IMG/VR virus record: IMGVR_UViG_3300025838_000112
Span: 1 to 25,915 of that record
DNA length: 25,915 bases
Direction: 5' to 3' (one strand)
Source: a virus
Lineage: Duplodnaviria > Caudoviricetes
Both the position numbers and the translations under genes were made by a program. The notes under the pieces were generated by a model. That model was given only the letters and a program-made list of their open reading frames with translations, did no database searches and was not told the DNA's origin. Positions 24,339 to 25,915 of this stretch are shown piece after piece. Every line of letters starts with the position of its first letter. Within the stretch, counting starts at the first letter, position 1.

Positions 24339-24964
24339 GTATAAGGGACATTATAATGCTCATGAACAATAGCATTGTTCATGGTTCCGTAACATATACA
24401 GCCTCTGCATTTTGGACATGCCCTATTGGCGTAACGTCGTTACGTGTACAGCTATGGGGTACGGGAGGAGGAGGTGGTGCTGGTAACGGTGCTCAGGGCG
24501 GCCGTGGCGGTGGCGGCGGAGCGTACTCCGAATCCACAGTAGCAGTAATACCCGGGAACAACTATTATGTATCAGTATCGGCACCGGGAGCAGCATCAGG
24601 TTATAATGGGGCTGATGGTGACGATACAGTGTTTGGCGCCTCAATGGTAAAAGCTGCTGGCGGTAAAGGCGGGTCTTTCGGAGTGAATTCGTCTTATGGG
24701 GGATCTGGGGGATTAGCCTCTTCCTCGATAGGAACGATTACATATTCCGGAGGTAATGGTGGAGACTTCGACTCGGGAAATCCAACATTAGGAGGCGGTC
24801 AAGGCGGTGGTGCTGGGTCATCAGGAAATGGATATGCCGCTAATCTATCAGTAAACGGATCTCCTGGTGCTGGTATCTCTCCACCCAATTCAGGCGGTCA
24901 AGGCGGCAACAGTACTCATAATGGAAGCCCCGGATTTCCGGGGCAAGCAATTTTAACATGGTAA
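24335..24964 (+). CDS. Glycine-rich tail-fibre-associated protein (probable receptor-binding tip)
   Basis: 'WTCPIGVTSLRVQLWGTGGGGG...GGGGGAYS...V.V.PG..Y.V.V' is a Gly-rich domain motif. Start reassigned to ATG 24335 (ATGA overlap, AAGGA SD). Confidence 0.82.
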   Translation: MSIRDIIMLMNNSIVHGSVTYTASAFWTCPIGVTSLRVQLWGTGGGGGAGNGAQGGRGGGGGAYSESTVAVIPGNNYYVSVSAPGAASGYNGADGDDTVFGASMVKAAGGKGGSFGVNSSYGGSGGLASSSIGTITYSGGNGGDFDSGNPTLGGGQGGGAGSSGNGYAANLSVNGSPGAGISPPNSGGQGGNSTHNGSPGFPGQAILTW

Positions 24965-24965
24965 T

Positions 24966-25505
24966 ATGATCATGATTATAAACACAACCACAAAAGAACA
25001 AATTCAGGATTTTGAATTGCGAAGATTATTTCCGGAAACATCATTTCCGGAAAAGTTAAAAGACGAAGATATAGCGCCATTCGGGTACGCTATTGTCTTC
25101 ACTGATGTAGAGAAACCAACGCCATCACTCTATCAGAAATTAGTGTCTGCATCAGCGCAGGTTATAGCTGGTAAGTATCAAGAGATATGGATTGTAGAGG
25201 ATATGACAAGCGATGAAATACTCGCTGTTGATGCAAGAATACAGAGAGATATTATCAACACAACACAGTGCCGACTTGATGCTTTTGCACAATTGAGAGG
25301 GTACGACGGGATAATGAGTGCCTGCACGTATTCGGACAGCTCCATCCCTGCTTTTAGCACAGAGGGAAAGTATGCCGTGGTAGCAAGAGATACGACATGG
25401 GCAGCGTTATACACATTACTTGCGGACGTTGAAGCAGGTACAAAGCCTAAGCCTGTCGGGTATGAAGACGTAGAGGCACTTTTGCCAACACTAACATGGC
25501 CTTAG
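24966..25505 (+). CDS. Tail-fibre-associated / assembly protein
   Basis: 'LRRLFPETSFP' N-terminus, 'RLDAFAQLRGYDGIMSACTY...EG......RDTTW' and terminal 'LPTLTWP' resemble fibre-adjacent chaperone-like proteins. Confidence 0.7.
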   Translation: MIMIINTTTKEQIQDFELRRLFPETSFPEKLKDEDIAPFGYAIVFTDVEKPTPSLYQKLVSASAQVIAGKYQEIWIVEDMTSDEILAVDARIQRDIINTTQCRLDAFAQLRGYDGIMSACTYSDSSIPAFSTEGKYAVVARDTTWAALYTLLADVEAGTKPKPVGYEDVEALLPTLTWP

Positions 25506-25531
25506 AAGAGGCCGCAAATAAAAAAAGAAAA

Positions 25532-25792
25532 ATGGAACAGCCCATGACATGGATGCAACACCCTGACGTTGTTCAGGCGTTTATTGTCGGATTATTAAGC
25601 CTCTTGTCGTTGCTCATGACAGGTCTGGTAGGAGTAGTCATTATGTGGAGTAAATGGGTCAGTGACAACTTCAAGACCGCCGCAGACCAACATGAAAAAC
25701 ATGATGGCAGAATAGTCGCGGTAGAAACTAAAGTGTCTCGGCTTGAAGGAGCTCATGACACAAACCATCCAATTTTTGGAGCTCATCTATGA
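25532..25792 (+). CDS. Holin-like membrane protein (start uncertain: 25496, 25532 or 25544)
   Basis: One long hydrophobic segment (AFIVGLLSLLSLLMTGLVGVVIMW) followed by a coiled coil. ATGA overlap with the endolysin. Confidence 0.6.
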   Translation: MEQPMTWMQHPDVVQAFIVGLLSLLSLLMTGLVGVVIMWSKWVSDNFKTAADQHEKHDGRIVAVETKVSRLEGAHDTNHPIFGAHL

Positions 25793-25915
25793 TCAACAGC
25801 AGAAAGATTGAAGACCTCCACCCTCACGTACAACCGCTATGCGAAAATTTCTTGTCAGAATGCAAGAAGTCAGGCATTGATATACTGATTACCAGTACTT
25901 ACAGGGATATCGAGA
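25789..25915 (+). CDS. Endolysin, M15 family (L-Ala-D-Glu peptidase-like), truncated by the window end
   Basis: Not in the ORF track. MINSRKIEDLHPHVQPLCENFLSECKKSGIDILITSTYRDIE...; 'SR.I.DLHP' and 'ITSTYR' are typical M15 N-terminal motifs. The catalytic His/Asp residues lie outside the window. Confidence 0.82.
   Translation, partial: MINSRKIEDLHPHVQPLCENFLSECKKSGIDILITSTYRDIE

Noticed and set aside
22686-25505. Diversity-generating retroelement or invertible tail-fibre cassette
   Set aside because: No reverse transcriptase or invertase, no adenine-specific template/variable repeat pair and no flanking inverted repeats were seen.
1237-25915. Stop-codon reassignment suggested by the phage tRNA
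   Set aside because: The anticodon is GTA (Tyr), not a suppressor. Genes are full length in the standard code and TAA, TGA and TAG all act as stops.

Overview
The window is the packaging, morphogenesis and start-of-lysis half of a P22-like short-tailed (podovirus-type) phage or prophage. The rightward gene order is: small terminase, large terminase, portal, scaffold, P22 gp5-like coat, probable decoration protein, an island with basic micro-ORFs and a tRNA-Tyr(GUA), gp4-like adaptor, gp10-like tail hub, coiled-coil needle/spike with its chaperone, a cupin-fold protein, three ejection proteins, tail fibre, Gly-rich protein, fibre-associated protein, holin-like protein and a truncated M15 endolysin. 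The third ejection protein is a 2434-aa polyvalent protein with lysozyme-like, ddrB-like ParB and HExxH zincin domains. A divergent leftward operon of two very acidic small proteins plus an HTH gene, behind a TTGACA promoter, lies upstream of the terminase. The most notable unannotated signals are: (1) a recurring candidate late-promoter motif, CCGTTTT-N19-nAnnnT, in front of four gene blocks; (2) the acr-aca-like leftward cassette; (3) the tRNA/basic-peptide island with a shared LPVVKP motif; (4) a four-times repeated IxPxxIxWD peptide in the giant protein; (5) an exact 11+7 aromatic repeat in the first ejection protein. All family assignments come from motif recognition and synteny by eye. 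No database searches were run.
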